Virus record (IMG/VR): IMGVR_UViG_3300029319_000153
Location: 1 to 38,817 of that record
Source: a virus
Taxonomy: Duplodnaviria > Caudoviricetes
DNA: 38,817 nucleotides
Strand: one strand, 5' to 3'
Position numbers and translations under genes: made by a program. The notes below the pieces were generated by a model, which ran no database searches, was not told the DNA's origin, and was given only the letters and a program-made list of their open reading frames with translations. This document shows positions 11,601 through 19,647 of the stretch, in pieces; the stretch's first letter is position 1, and each line of letters starts with the position of its first letter.

Positions 11601-12504
11601 GGTCTATTAATCTTCCATTCTTAACTCTAAGTCTTACATCACCACCTGTTCTAATTTGAGTTTGTTGATGTTTTGACAAAGTGTTCCAAGTACCCTTGAC
11701 TTTTAAAGACTTTATAAAATCTCTGGTATTTTCTTTAACTAGGTCTAAGTTTCTAAGTTGTGCGTCAAAATCTTGTCCTTTTTCTAAAAGTCTTTGACCT
11801 TCTTTTCTTATACCCTTAACACCAGGGAGAAGGCTAGTTACTGTAGACACTCCTTTTCCTATAGGTCTAAATATTGCTCCTACAGGTATTGCCATACTTG
11901 CAAGACCAACAGGATCAACAATCATTTCTACTGCACCCTTAACACCTAAGTTAAAACCAAAGCCATCTTCTCCTTTATCAGGGTCTGCTCCAAATCTTTT
12001 TGTTGCAAACTGTGATTGCCTCCACGCTTCACCTGGACTCATACCCTTATTCATATTTCTTTTAACTTGCTGACTAAACGGAGATGCAACTACACCAGCT
12101 GTAAACTCAGTAGCTTTTTGCCAGCCTTCAAGACCTTTCATTAATCCTTGACCAATATAACTAAAAGGGTTTAGGTTAATTCCATCATCATTAGGCAACT
12201 CTACTCCAGGTTGCATTTGTAAAGGTTCACTTACGTTACGTCCTTTATCGTGCAAACCAAACCCATGAGAAGCGCTTAATAAACCTCTGTATGTTTTGTT
12301 TTGAGAATCTTGCCTTGCTTGTATTTCTTGTCTTAAAGCTTGTGTTTCAGGGTTGTCAAAAAACTGGCCTGTACGCTTAGATTCCTCTAATAAAGCCTGA
12401 AGTCTTCTTATTTTTTCATCTTCTTTTTCTTTTTCTCGTGTTCTATTTTGAAAAGCTGTAGAGCTTTCCCATGGTGATCTATCTCCGAATGGTGTTCTTG
12501 GCAT
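5674..12504 (-). CDS. Giant internal virion/ejection protein, polyvalent-protein-like, with zincin HEXXH motif (2276 aa)
   Basis: Very large helical protein in the virion operon; FVLEHEWQH at 9814-9840. The C-terminal region (DPTSGKFLTTQIGN..) recalls C-terminal domains of large polyvalent proteins. No RNA polymerase motif recognised. Confidence 0.65.
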   Translation of the reverse strand: MPRTPFGDRSPWESSTAFQNRTREKEKEDEKIRRLQALLEESKRTGQFFDNPETQALRQEIQARQDSQNKTYRGLLSASHGFGLHDKGRNVSEPLQMQPGVELPNDDGINLNPFSYIGQGLMKGLEGWQKATEFTAGVVASPFSQQVKRNMNKGMSPGEAWRQSQFATKRFGADPDKGEDGFGFNLGVKGAVEMIVDPVGLASMAIPVGAIFRPIGKGVSTVTSLLPGVKGIRKEGQRLLEKGQDFDAQLRNLDLVKENTRDFIKSLKVKGTWNTLSKHQQTQIRTGGDVRLRVKNGRLIDLDNVRLDTKVNTQVMDPSNYDSAIERAGVNREGLIGDFLRYANSDEAKRLSKLNPGRHFLMGVKNIHKLWNPAYTLGATLEGRAELAFHADAIGGAGWVTRAIAKLRAPGQSFEDIAKKNGITIGDVERTVKKDGLDVLEKYTALTVPIRKEKVIAKRNKAMESYFAYGDERILEGEIAFFLDELTGEWSIGEVNGGFRAMGRLGASTRGSIKKTAQEIGEQSGLTDEGIEALTAKLNASADNMSAWEATSRIDSTVETALQPGKGHYVKYNEGDAFYVDTYAIDFAPSNEQIKRAQNYYMSMGHMKKGGTIKGGIRYISKNDPDYPKTLKQLVKKDLSKLETAAEQLRKSEELFNELKKARGKAVGRRPREFNEAIDSINKNKANVNQAYAELVENVFDRYDQDPFLQQNLFDAVKNYDVTKLTDNGARFADFAKTPSKQKLYKGIPVVDNPRLARLEPKGSMASYREQTPITVTPDKAEKIIITAAERNTGKYVEGSAPLSAKANVPYKITINRAAIRRDYDRGLKETAAGAPDGIVKTPIDPVTGKQRQPVPGQFDAAIQEGDKIWERVRPSKELFPTYEDYENFVLEHEWQHFRNPKAAEAAEEFFLGTMDEIEQGMRIGFNPREESIVDKQAFMNWANTVVQREGLVEGGFSPQQAQELIDAYGDARKLVKNIEEVDIDQFANLDQIRDQIFPPQRGVNPGAVSIGGKARAPIQSYTSAMSMINALRRGIDNNKLIITTPSKRRLKGLDSVIDVTEDSGSALNAIARNIKRDLDAAYENIDSVLHNPGKKADAFSWANDDGVKQIHHFGDNFLADGPDKDKFKWANLKAMNAIPNDVLNLFAKKYPDLPRDADNITMNVADFLDMAGYVVDYNGPFGKPIRLYEQYFNLPPDMVNYLKNYYTLFDEGAHLLSRKGIPPNNLFVNTTGNYVHHIVENLAEYQDLIDRQDWSRLSNGALKPTTISRNRFFDSVIDGIDERSLVYNQDPAQMAEEFLNSVYKEIADEQVVRRLENISHQQLKAAKFDVTRLQQWGDKVKEFRKKADEIQKIQNFVSVGGNLGNDIVDDLDRALRENQANLIPSDAKNWNKEYNKIKEMLKNPDDKVQGDVQRIIKDYLDELERDFDKDVLYYKNKIAKMGGKDIKLNKTQKKLSGLYGEEAVQLRMVTDQRGQIQNEVKALAKRNLFFDDKTASNIEKFLNINKENPFDIAASKTATVNDYFRLVQTGFDAGTAFLHGLPTLLRGLGTTDMKLKKAYLGSWVNGTKTMGQLIWRGVKDGDAPRLHAELINKKRKNFALMANYGVLMSNAGNDYFRAANNRTVFNKLLSEGRVNNLQAKDSVPGFKQSRAAIDKGADVLDGFQASFEAYGDMIREGLWDAHYQQILRSGVADDVMEQQLTQLAEYINGMTGAFSSRRAGISARQSNIERSVIFFSPSYTRATLGLIGSVVKGDLQGQEARRALQSMMGAGIATHLGFAALNAKVRGEDIDQHINLDPTSGKFLTTQIGNVNVGFGSAWTSMARLVGKIANDPAFRGDILDSPLLLTGSGRGRAGFDETGIKDYLQNNQILYWLRSRTSPAGSSMWDLGMGANFLGEELKPFRGDWFQELGSSATPFWLDSLFENGVLGGGTEFIGLRTNPISDYEKRKEVRDMLAQQYYKTNWRSLNDLQKRLITESNDVEADPNVQRLRELESEIFEKRRIVGGSSLDRNFELKANEVDDARALYNHAVQAAESSLRGYEISLEQYILREQKARTQYRYDVQNISEKYPDVEAYLMAIKGSLGDFERVEDFAADEYAEIMFDDKWDLGYMFDFEGRETELEGWRQRWGSSEYESYAKDKLYGGRWDSTGFNQEFYRRRDEYFPQYWEDTRKEIFQTRYQGQFDDIYREWYLSKYDDRKRQLIEENNQGFKQALKEWERLRLELRRFNPELDAFLYRWGFAESLANPANFGREDELKSRFPFEEYVPKWRVAGQ

Positions 12505-12512
12505 TAATCACC

Positions 12513-15146
12513 TCACGAAATCATTGCTGATAATTGTCCAAATGGTCCTGTTTCCTGAAACGCTTGTGGAGTTACATCTTGTGCCATTCTAATAAACGTT
12601 TGCGGATCAATTCCTAATGCAGACAATGCACCCTGCAAGTATTCAATCCTGCTTGGAGTCATTTCTGTTAATTGCCCCATAGTTGGAACAGTTTCAAACG
12701 GAAGTTCTCCGGAGATTATAGTTACAAAAGCACCAAGTGCTTGTGGGTTAGTAAGCAAAGCCATTAAAGAATTCATTTCTTGCGATCTGCTTTCAGACCT
12801 TATTTCAGCCAATCTTTCCTCTGATGTCAAACCACCTCTAGCAAGTAATGCTTGTAAGCTTCTATCTTCATCTTGAGTTAAGCCTCCACGACCTATTTCT
12901 ATTTGAGCAGCTTTAAATTCTTCTGGGGTTTCATATCCACCCTGAAACTGCATTTGTGCTAATTCTCTCTGGAATTCTAGTTGCTCTGGCTGTGCATCAA
13001 GCTCAGCTTGATACTTTTCTTTTTCAAACTCTAGCTGTGCTTTTTGCAACTCTTCTTGAACTTCAGCATTTATTTCTGCAATTTGTATTGCTTCAGTATC
13101 TGTTAGTCTAGCTAATTCTTTAGCATAGTCATTCCTAATTCTTTCTATCTCTTTAAGGTCGTTAAATTCTGCTAATCTCAAAGCTGCTGCATCCTCACTG
13201 TAAACCAATTGAGCTATTTTTTCAGCAGAAGTATTGTTTTCTTTTGCTATTCTTTCTTGAGCTTCAGTTTGCAACTCAACTACTTCAACTTGAGTTCTGT
13301 TAGAACCTTCAGCTATTAATTGAGCTGATAAATTATTTTTAGTAGCAACATTATTAGCACTTTGCATTTGTATTTGAGCAACATCTGTTTGCGCATCAGA
13401 TTGTATTCTAGCTATATCTTCTTTGCTTAAGTTTGTTGCCTGAGCTATTCTTGTTTGAATGTCACCCTTAATTCTTTCTACTTCTCTTTGGTTTAATCCA
13501 GTAATCTCAGCCACTTCTTTAGCGCTTCTAGTGTTTATCAAAGCTACTTGCTGTTGAGATAGCCCATTAATTTGAGCAACATCTCTGGATGCGTTAGCAC
13601 TAACTTCTGCTATACGTTCATTAGACTGATTGCTTGCTTGCGCAATCATCTCAGAGCTTCTTAACTGAGCATTATTAATTCTTTCGTTAGATTGCATTTG
13701 CATTTGGTCACTAGCAAATCCTAGTTGAGCTCTGTAGTCATCACTTCGAGCTTGCATTCCAGCTATATCTAAAGCGTTGTTTACTGCTGCTGTATCAAGG
13801 TCTAATCTTGCTTGCTCTAAAGTTTCTTGCCTTCGTTGTGTTGCTTGTTCAAACGGCATACTTCTAGCTTGAGCATCACCAAACTGTCTTACTAATTGTG
13901 CAGCAGGCGAGTTACCTGTAGTATCGCTAATGCCTAATCTAATTATGCTATCTGGTAAACTTGCTGTTCCTCCCTCTTGAACTGTTCTTATTGCTTGCAT
14001 TGCAGCATTAAAATCTTCTGGAGTTATTTGAGCACCCATAGTTAATTGAGTTTCAGTTGTTTCTTCTTGATCAGGTTGAGTTGCAGGAACAGCAGTAAAC
14101 CTTCTTTCTCGTGTATCTGCTTCTCTTAATGCTCTTTCAGCATCAGTTTCTCCAAAAATAGAAGGGGCAGGAGCAAACTCACTTTGTGTAAATATACCTG
14201 CGTTTTGCAGTTTATTCATTACGTTATCTAATACATTAGGATCAAAAGAATTAAATTCAGCAGGAGTTACGCCTGCATTAAGAATTGCATTATTTTTCCT
14301 TACGTCTTCCATGTACATCATAAGAGATTGAGGTCCGCCTGGACCTTGACTCATCATTGCCTGTTCAAATGTACTAGGCTCTTGCATAAACTCTCTAAGT
14401 TGGAAATTTGTTCTTAAACCTAAATCTTGTCTTATATCTTGTCCTGTCTTTTGCCCGCTTTGAATTTGACTAGAAGTTAATTGTCCTCCTGGGCTTTGAG
14501 TATATGCTGCCGCAAACGGATCTTGTCCTGGGAAGTTCATCCCAAATCCACCAAACATTCCTGGAACAGAATACCCACCTCCACCGCCTCGGCTTACACC
14601 TGGCTCAAATGGAACAGTTTGATCTGTGCCAGAAAATGGCATAGTAGGCGGAGTTTGCACATCATAAGTTGTAGGTAACTGTGTTGATTCCATTCGGTTA
14701 AAGTCATAAGTTGGTGCAGGTGCAAAATTTTGCATATCTGAAAAAATCATTCCAGGGCTAGAATACTGACCCATTTGTTGAGTAAAAGGAGTTATAGCTT
14801 GTCTAGCTCTATTAACATCAATGTTTTGTGTGTTAGGTAAAGTAGCAACTGCATACGGGTTTGCCATACCATAGTATCTTCCAGTATCTTGAGAAAAATA
14901 TGGAGTATTTGGACTTGAAGTATTTGTCCTCATCATTTCTTGAAAACTAGGATCAATCCCTACAACTTCAGTTCTTATTCTTCCAGGAGTAGTAGGAAAG
15001 TTTTTATTATAAGCTTCCAAAGCTTTTTGTTCATCTTCTCCGTAAGAAGTTGTGTACTGAACCCTGCTACCTATAGGTTTTGTAGGGTCATTAGCATCAA
15101 ACTGCTGATCTTCAATTAATATTTGATATGGTTTTAGTTCTGCCAT
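12513..15146 (-). CDS. Ejection/DNA pilot-like protein with hendecad coiled-coil repeats (877 aa)
   Basis: Gln/Gly/Pro/Met-rich N half; 15 consecutive 11-residue repeats at residues 486-650. Confidence 0.65.
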   Translation of the reverse strand: MAELKPYQILIEDQQFDANDPTKPIGSRVQYTTSYGEDEQKALEAYNKNFPTTPGRIRTEVVGIDPSFQEMMRTNTSSPNTPYFSQDTGRYYGMANPYAVATLPNTQNIDVNRARQAITPFTQQMGQYSSPGMIFSDMQNFAPAPTYDFNRMESTQLPTTYDVQTPPTMPFSGTDQTVPFEPGVSRGGGGGYSVPGMFGGFGMNFPGQDPFAAAYTQSPGGQLTSSQIQSGQKTGQDIRQDLGLRTNFQLREFMQEPSTFEQAMMSQGPGGPQSLMMYMEDVRKNNAILNAGVTPAEFNSFDPNVLDNVMNKLQNAGIFTQSEFAPAPSIFGETDAERALREADTRERRFTAVPATQPDQEETTETQLTMGAQITPEDFNAAMQAIRTVQEGGTASLPDSIIRLGISDTTGNSPAAQLVRQFGDAQARSMPFEQATQRRQETLEQARLDLDTAAVNNALDIAGMQARSDDYRAQLGFASDQMQMQSNERINNAQLRSSEMIAQASNQSNERIAEVSANASRDVAQINGLSQQQVALINTRSAKEVAEITGLNQREVERIKGDIQTRIAQATNLSKEDIARIQSDAQTDVAQIQMQSANNVATKNNLSAQLIAEGSNRTQVEVVELQTEAQERIAKENNTSAEKIAQLVYSEDAAALRLAEFNDLKEIERIRNDYAKELARLTDTEAIQIAEINAEVQEELQKAQLEFEKEKYQAELDAQPEQLEFQRELAQMQFQGGYETPEEFKAAQIEIGRGGLTQDEDRSLQALLARGGLTSEERLAEIRSESRSQEMNSLMALLTNPQALGAFVTIISGELPFETVPTMGQLTEMTPSRIEYLQGALSALGIDPQTFIRMAQDVTPQAFQETGPFGQLSAMIS

Positions 15147-15373
15147 TAAAATCTCCTAAAAGGTGTGTCATCCCTACCTGCATAGTAAGGCCTATTTGGT
15201 TCCCTTCTTACTCTAGTTGTTTTGTTTCTATTAGGATCAGGAACATTTAATCCGCCCATGCTTTCATTTATATTTTTAAAAGCATTTTCAATCATTTCAA
15301 AGTATTTAACAAAACCTGCTTCTATTGGTTTTAACCCTTTTATTGATTTTTTTGTTTCATCTCTATATGCCAT
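15146..15373 (-). CDS. Hypothetical protein (75 aa)
   Basis: TAATG coupling on both sides; AGGAG RBS. Confidence 0.75.
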   Translation of the reverse strand: MAYRDETKKSIKGLKPIEAGFVKYFEMIENAFKNINESMGGLNVPDPNRNKTTRVRREPNRPYYAGRDDTPFRRF

Positions 15374-17304
15374 TATGCTCCTATATTACCAAGTCCTGGT
15401 GGGACTGGGCCTCCTGTAGTTGGTTGTGGACCTCTTCTTGGGCTAGCAAGTTGCTGTCCAATTTGATTTTGTTCTTCTATGCTACCAGGTATTACTGGTC
15501 TAACTGGACCAGTTCCTACACCTGATTGATTGCCCATTGCAAAGTTTCCTGCATTAGGTAACTGCATAGATCCTTGTGTATTCATTATATTCTGTGCCAT
15601 TTGTCTTGGATCAAATCCTCCAGTTGCACCTTGTTGTGCAGCCTGAACTGCTTGCTGTAGAATCGGTAAACTTTGTGCAGCCAACATGCTAAACGCTTCT
15701 TGTATCTGCGGAAGGTTAAAGAAATCTTCAGCTATTCTATTACCCACAACTTCTAGCGGGTTAGATACGCCAGCTTTACGAAGAGCTGTAGTCCAGTCCA
15801 CAAACCCTGTTCTCCATGTATCTCTCCATAATGACAATTTTCGTTCTTGTTCTTCAGGACTTGTAGATGTTAAACGAACTGTGGAAACATAATGACCTCT
15901 AATATCGTTTGGTTTGATCTTGGCGTCTATTGCACCAGCCTCTGTGTTTCCAAATACGGTAACTGTGTCGCCAATAACATTCTCCACAATTCTAAGCACA
16001 ATCTCGTTTGCTTCTTGCAAACCACGTTCAGTTGCATCAACTACAGCACCAAAGTTTAAACTAGCGATACCTGCTAAAACAGCAGTGTGATATCCAGATG
16101 CTGCACCTGTAGGCCTTTCACCTCTGGCTACAGCAGGAACTGTATTTGCTTCAATTGCTCTTTCAAGTGTACCCATCGCAGCAAGAATACTCTGTGGAGC
16201 TTCACTTACTGCTTGTGGTTCTACATCAACGTTAGGTGGTACGTAGTTACGTGCACCTGGTTCCTGTGAAAATTCTTGCATCACTTCTTCTGTCATACCA
16301 CGTGGGCCTTTGAAGTTTAGAGATGACCATGCGTTTCTAGATACAATGTCTAAGTATTGCGAAGCTAATCTTGATTCTGCTCTAATCATTCCGAAGTTAC
16401 CTGAACCAATACCTCTGTACATGTGTTCAGGTTTGTGACCGATAGTTTTAATTCCTGTTTGCGGATGGAATACAATCCATGGGATTCTTCCGTATGCGTG
16501 CCTTCTAGGCTCCATAGCCCATCTGCCACCTGCCATATAACCTACGTGTGTAGATGTCCAAACTTCTTGGAAATCACATTTACCATCTTTCATTTCACCT
16601 TCAAAGTCAGGGAAATGTGCCATTACCCATTCAGAATCTATTTCGGTGTTACGTATAATCCATCGTGGATGCGTGCTTGCTAAATCCCAAACACATTCCT
16701 GTGGATTTACAACTTCAGATATAATTGGAAACTTAAACTTTCGGCTTTCAGTAATCTCTTTTACAAGTCTTTCGTATTCTGCCATATCGCCACCTTCTTC
16801 TGGTGGTTCTGGCATTTCACCCCATTGGTGTCCTGCAAATTCAAACTTAACAAGAGATACACCATATAATCCTTGGTGTTTAACAATTTCACGTTTAACA
16901 GGAGTATTTTGTTCCAACATGTGATGTGCGCCATTCAAAAACTTTTCAATAAGCTCTGCTCTTGCAGTAGCTCTTGGGCCTGGTGGCGGAACATCAATGT
17001 CCATAAATCTTGGGGAAGCATGAGCAACGAGAGTATCAATGATGGAGTGAAAGGTACCTAAGTTTACTTTTGTACCTCCCAAGGGAACCGAGAAGTCAAA
17101 CTCCCCCAAATAAAATTCATCTGCTTCTGCGCAGTTATCGTAAAATGTTGCAAAAAAATCAGCAGCTCCACCTCTTGAAAGCTGAGTTTTTACCCATGCT
17201 TCACTTAATGTAGGTTCATTTAAAGGTGGGGCAGATAACAAATCAACAGTTTCTTCATATGCCGATTCCATTTCGCCTGTATTTGCTCTATAGCTATTTA
17301 CCAT
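15373..17304 (-). CDS. Portal protein (podovirus/P22-like, 643 aa)
   Basis: Directly downstream of TerL; size; motifs HAYGRIPWIVF and GAASGY; low-complexity Gln/Gly/Pro C-terminal tail. Confidence 0.85.
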   Translation of the reverse strand: MVNSYRANTGEMESAYEETVDLLSAPPLNEPTLSEAWVKTQLSRGGAADFFATFYDNCAEADEFYLGEFDFSVPLGGTKVNLGTFHSIIDTLVAHASPRFMDIDVPPPGPRATARAELIEKFLNGAHHMLEQNTPVKREIVKHQGLYGVSLVKFEFAGHQWGEMPEPPEEGGDMAEYERLVKEITESRKFKFPIISEVVNPQECVWDLASTHPRWIIRNTEIDSEWVMAHFPDFEGEMKDGKCDFQEVWTSTHVGYMAGGRWAMEPRRHAYGRIPWIVFHPQTGIKTIGHKPEHMYRGIGSGNFGMIRAESRLASQYLDIVSRNAWSSLNFKGPRGMTEEVMQEFSQEPGARNYVPPNVDVEPQAVSEAPQSILAAMGTLERAIEANTVPAVARGERPTGAASGYHTAVLAGIASLNFGAVVDATERGLQEANEIVLRIVENVIGDTVTVFGNTEAGAIDAKIKPNDIRGHYVSTVRLTSTSPEEQERKLSLWRDTWRTGFVDWTTALRKAGVSNPLEVVGNRIAEDFFNLPQIQEAFSMLAAQSLPILQQAVQAAQQGATGGFDPRQMAQNIMNTQGSMQLPNAGNFAMGNQSGVGTGPVRPVIPGSIEEQNQIGQQLASPRRGPQPTTGGPVPPGLGNIGA

Positions 17305-18872
17305 TAATCTAATGCGTCCATTAATATGGATTCTTGTTGCGTGCTAATCTCTACCACTTCTCGTAGTTCTTTTAGCTGTTTTGCCTTTCTTTGCCTTTTC
17401 ATGCGGGCAATACGTCCTTCTGTATAAGATACACCATTATTGGTCAATGGTGCAACAGTTTTTATTGTAAATACTGGTTCGTAGTCTTCTTCCATAGCTT
17501 CTGGAGGGTCGCATGCCATCAATGCAAGTACCTCGGCGTCCACCCAATCATCATGTGGACTATTAGGATGCCTAAAGCTGTAAGTCAAACCTTGCTGCTT
17601 TATCTCTATTGCATCTAATTCATTTTGCAGTTTTGTCCACTCAGGAGGAAAAGTAGTCGTTCCGTTTTGCAAAGCCACTGCATAATTGAGAAACAGTTGG
17701 TATTTAGTTTGGGGAGTAAACTTTTTACCTACAACTGGGACGCCTTGGTTTAAAAGTTCATCAAACAAAACATCACCACCCATACCTGTAGAGTCCATCA
17801 TTACTGCTTCAACATTCCACATTGCAAGCTCAGATATGAGAGTTTCTTTCTGCAACACCCAATCAGTTTTTAACATTTCAACGTAATGCACAGATTCACG
17901 TGTAATTCTGTTTTTAATAATTAAAACAGTGGGGTCAACCTGTTTACCAAGGTCAAGCCCAGCTACATAATGATGCCCTTCAATTGGTTTTGACAACTCC
18001 TTGCCAACTGCTGCATCTTCAATCTTTTTGAAGAATCCACCACCCACATCTGGTTGTTTTGCCATTACCATACGTTCCCATATCCACTCTGCTGTAGTTT
18101 CTTTTTGTTTGCGTATGTTTTCTTTTTGCTGTTCTGTTAAATACATATTGTCAAAGCTAGTTGCTCTGACTGCGTAATTCTGTAGTGATGGGTTGTTTTC
18201 TGCATATTTAAACTGCCTAGAAAACCAATGTGATCTTGAAATAGGGGGTATACCTTCTGCAAAGATTCTACCCATACGACCTGGTGATTCAGTTACCCAT
18301 TCTACCTTGTCCCAAGCTATTTGCTTGACGTCTTGAGATTCTGCTATGTGTAGAAAATCAAGACCCACAGTCTGTAATGTTTCAGGGTTGTCTGCGGATC
18401 GCAACTCCCAAAGCACACTCTTGCGGACAGTATCGGGTGCAAACACCCCGTTGGGCGTCCTTACTTCCAATTCTACATAATATTCATCTTCGTGCCAACA
18501 AGATCCACGACCACCTGCACGTGAATAATCTTTCCACATATACCTGGGTATGTATGCTTTCATCTCATTCCACACCTGACGCATCTGGGCTTTGGTCGGC
18601 GCAACAGTCCATATGTGTATGTCAGGTACAAGTGTGTCTGTTACATCGTTGCCGTTAACTATAAATTTAGTTTTGCTTGCTTCTAAAATAGTGGAGATAG
18701 CTTCTTGAATGGCTGCTCTACCTTTACCTGCCCTTCGTCCTGCCCATATCCATTTACGTTTTGCTTGATTACGGTGCATGTCCTCCTGCCAAGGAGAAGG
18801 GGTATACTTAGGCGTTTTCCTCTGTAACTCCTGCTTCGGCCTCAGACTTGTCTTCGTTCTCTTTCTTGGCAT
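17304..18872 (-). CDS. terL: Terminase large subunit (522 aa)
   Basis: Walker A WAGRRAGKG, VAPT..Q, RSADNP; nuclease motifs GLDLGKQVDPT, DSTGMG, HDDWVDA. Walker B is atypical (FLHIAE). Confidence 0.93.
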   Translation of the reverse strand: MPRKRTKTSLRPKQELQRKTPKYTPSPWQEDMHRNQAKRKWIWAGRRAGKGRAAIQEAISTILEASKTKFIVNGNDVTDTLVPDIHIWTVAPTKAQMRQVWNEMKAYIPRYMWKDYSRAGGRGSCWHEDEYYVELEVRTPNGVFAPDTVRKSVLWELRSADNPETLQTVGLDFLHIAESQDVKQIAWDKVEWVTESPGRMGRIFAEGIPPISRSHWFSRQFKYAENNPSLQNYAVRATSFDNMYLTEQQKENIRKQKETTAEWIWERMVMAKQPDVGGGFFKKIEDAAVGKELSKPIEGHHYVAGLDLGKQVDPTVLIIKNRITRESVHYVEMLKTDWVLQKETLISELAMWNVEAVMMDSTGMGGDVLFDELLNQGVPVVGKKFTPQTKYQLFLNYAVALQNGTTTFPPEWTKLQNELDAIEIKQQGLTYSFRHPNSPHDDWVDAEVLALMACDPPEAMEEDYEPVFTIKTVAPLTNNGVSYTEGRIARMKRQRKAKQLKELREVVEISTQQESILMDALD

Positions 18873-19476
18873 TTTCCTCTGGATTTATATCTCTAACAAA
18901 TGGTTTTAATCCTTCTTCAACATCTTCCACCACAGATTCAGAATCTATTTTTTGTTCGTATTTGTCAAGTGCATGTTGTTTTTGACGCCTATATCTTTCG
19001 GTATCATACTCAATATTTGCAAACCATCCAGCAGAATCGACAATCTTGTGGTTTATTGGTGCTTGTCCGGCATTTGTTTCTAAGTTAATTATAGCAGACA
19101 CACTCATCTCATTGGCATATTGCTCTACCAGGTTAGGGTGTTTTAGGTATTCACCAGTTGTTGCACACTTCGGGTAGTGTCCGTTTTTGCGGATAAACTC
19201 CACAACCTTCGCAAAGCTAGGCCTTTTGTTAACCTTAATTATCAAATCAGCAGCATCCATGTTTACTTCTTCTGCAATTGACTCTAGATCACCATGTGTC
19301 GGCAGCAGGATAAGTATTTTTCTAAACAACCTAGGGTATGACTCCCAATGTGGCAGTGCATCAATTACACGCTTTCTTAAACCATCAGGTGTCAGACCAG
19401 ACAATCGTTTTGATGTCTTACCCTGTGGGATTAATCTCTTTGGTCTTTGTCTATACGGGTTATTATTATCAGCCAT
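18808..19476 (-). CDS. Putative terminase small subunit (222 aa, start reassigned to 19476)
   Basis: First gene of the late arm, overlapping the terL start; HTH-like DLESIAEEVNMD; ATG lies 7 nt after a -10 box. Confidence 0.55.
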   Translation of the reverse strand: MADNNNPYRQRPKRLIPQGKTSKRLSGLTPDGLRKRVIDALPHWESYPRLFRKILILLPTHGDLESIAEEVNMDAADLIIKVNKRPSFAKVVEFIRKNGHYPKCATTGEYLKHPNLVEQYANEMSVSAIINLETNAGQAPINHKIVDSAGWFANIEYDTERYRRQKQHALDKYEQKIDSESVVEDVEEGLKPFVRDINPEENAKKENEDKSEAEAGVTEENA

Positions 19477-19483
19477 GTAGGGC

Positions 19484-19513
19484 ATAATAACGCACAAACC
19501 CTAAACCCGTCAA
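19484..19513 (-). promoter_or_regulatory. Sigma70-type leftward promoter, probably giving a leaderless transcript
   Basis: TTGACG (19513-19508), 18-nt spacer, TATTAT (19489-19484); no SD before the ATG at 19476. Confidence 0.7.
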
Positions 19514-19525
19514 GAGAGAAGAAAC

Positions 19526-19640
19526 CCTTTCTTTTGGATATACGTAGTATATCTTTTCTTTAGGAAGTAGAGAGTAAGAGCTTAGAACTATAGTACTATC
19601 ACACTACTCACGCACACACGTACCCCCCTATAGTCCCCCC
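19526..19640. other. Low-complexity, palindrome-rich segment at the strand switch (candidate origin or packaging site)
   Basis: GATATAC-gta-GTATATC (19537-19553) between pyrimidine tracts; ATAGTACTAT palindrome (19590-19599); C6-TATAGT-C6 (19623-19640). Confidence 0.35.
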
Positions 19641-19647
19641 ATTCTAG

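Noticed and set aside
5674-12504. Virion RNA polymerase (N4- or crAss-like)
   Set aside because: No DxDGD motif or recognisable T7-type polymerase motifs by eye; a structure search is needed to exclude it fully.
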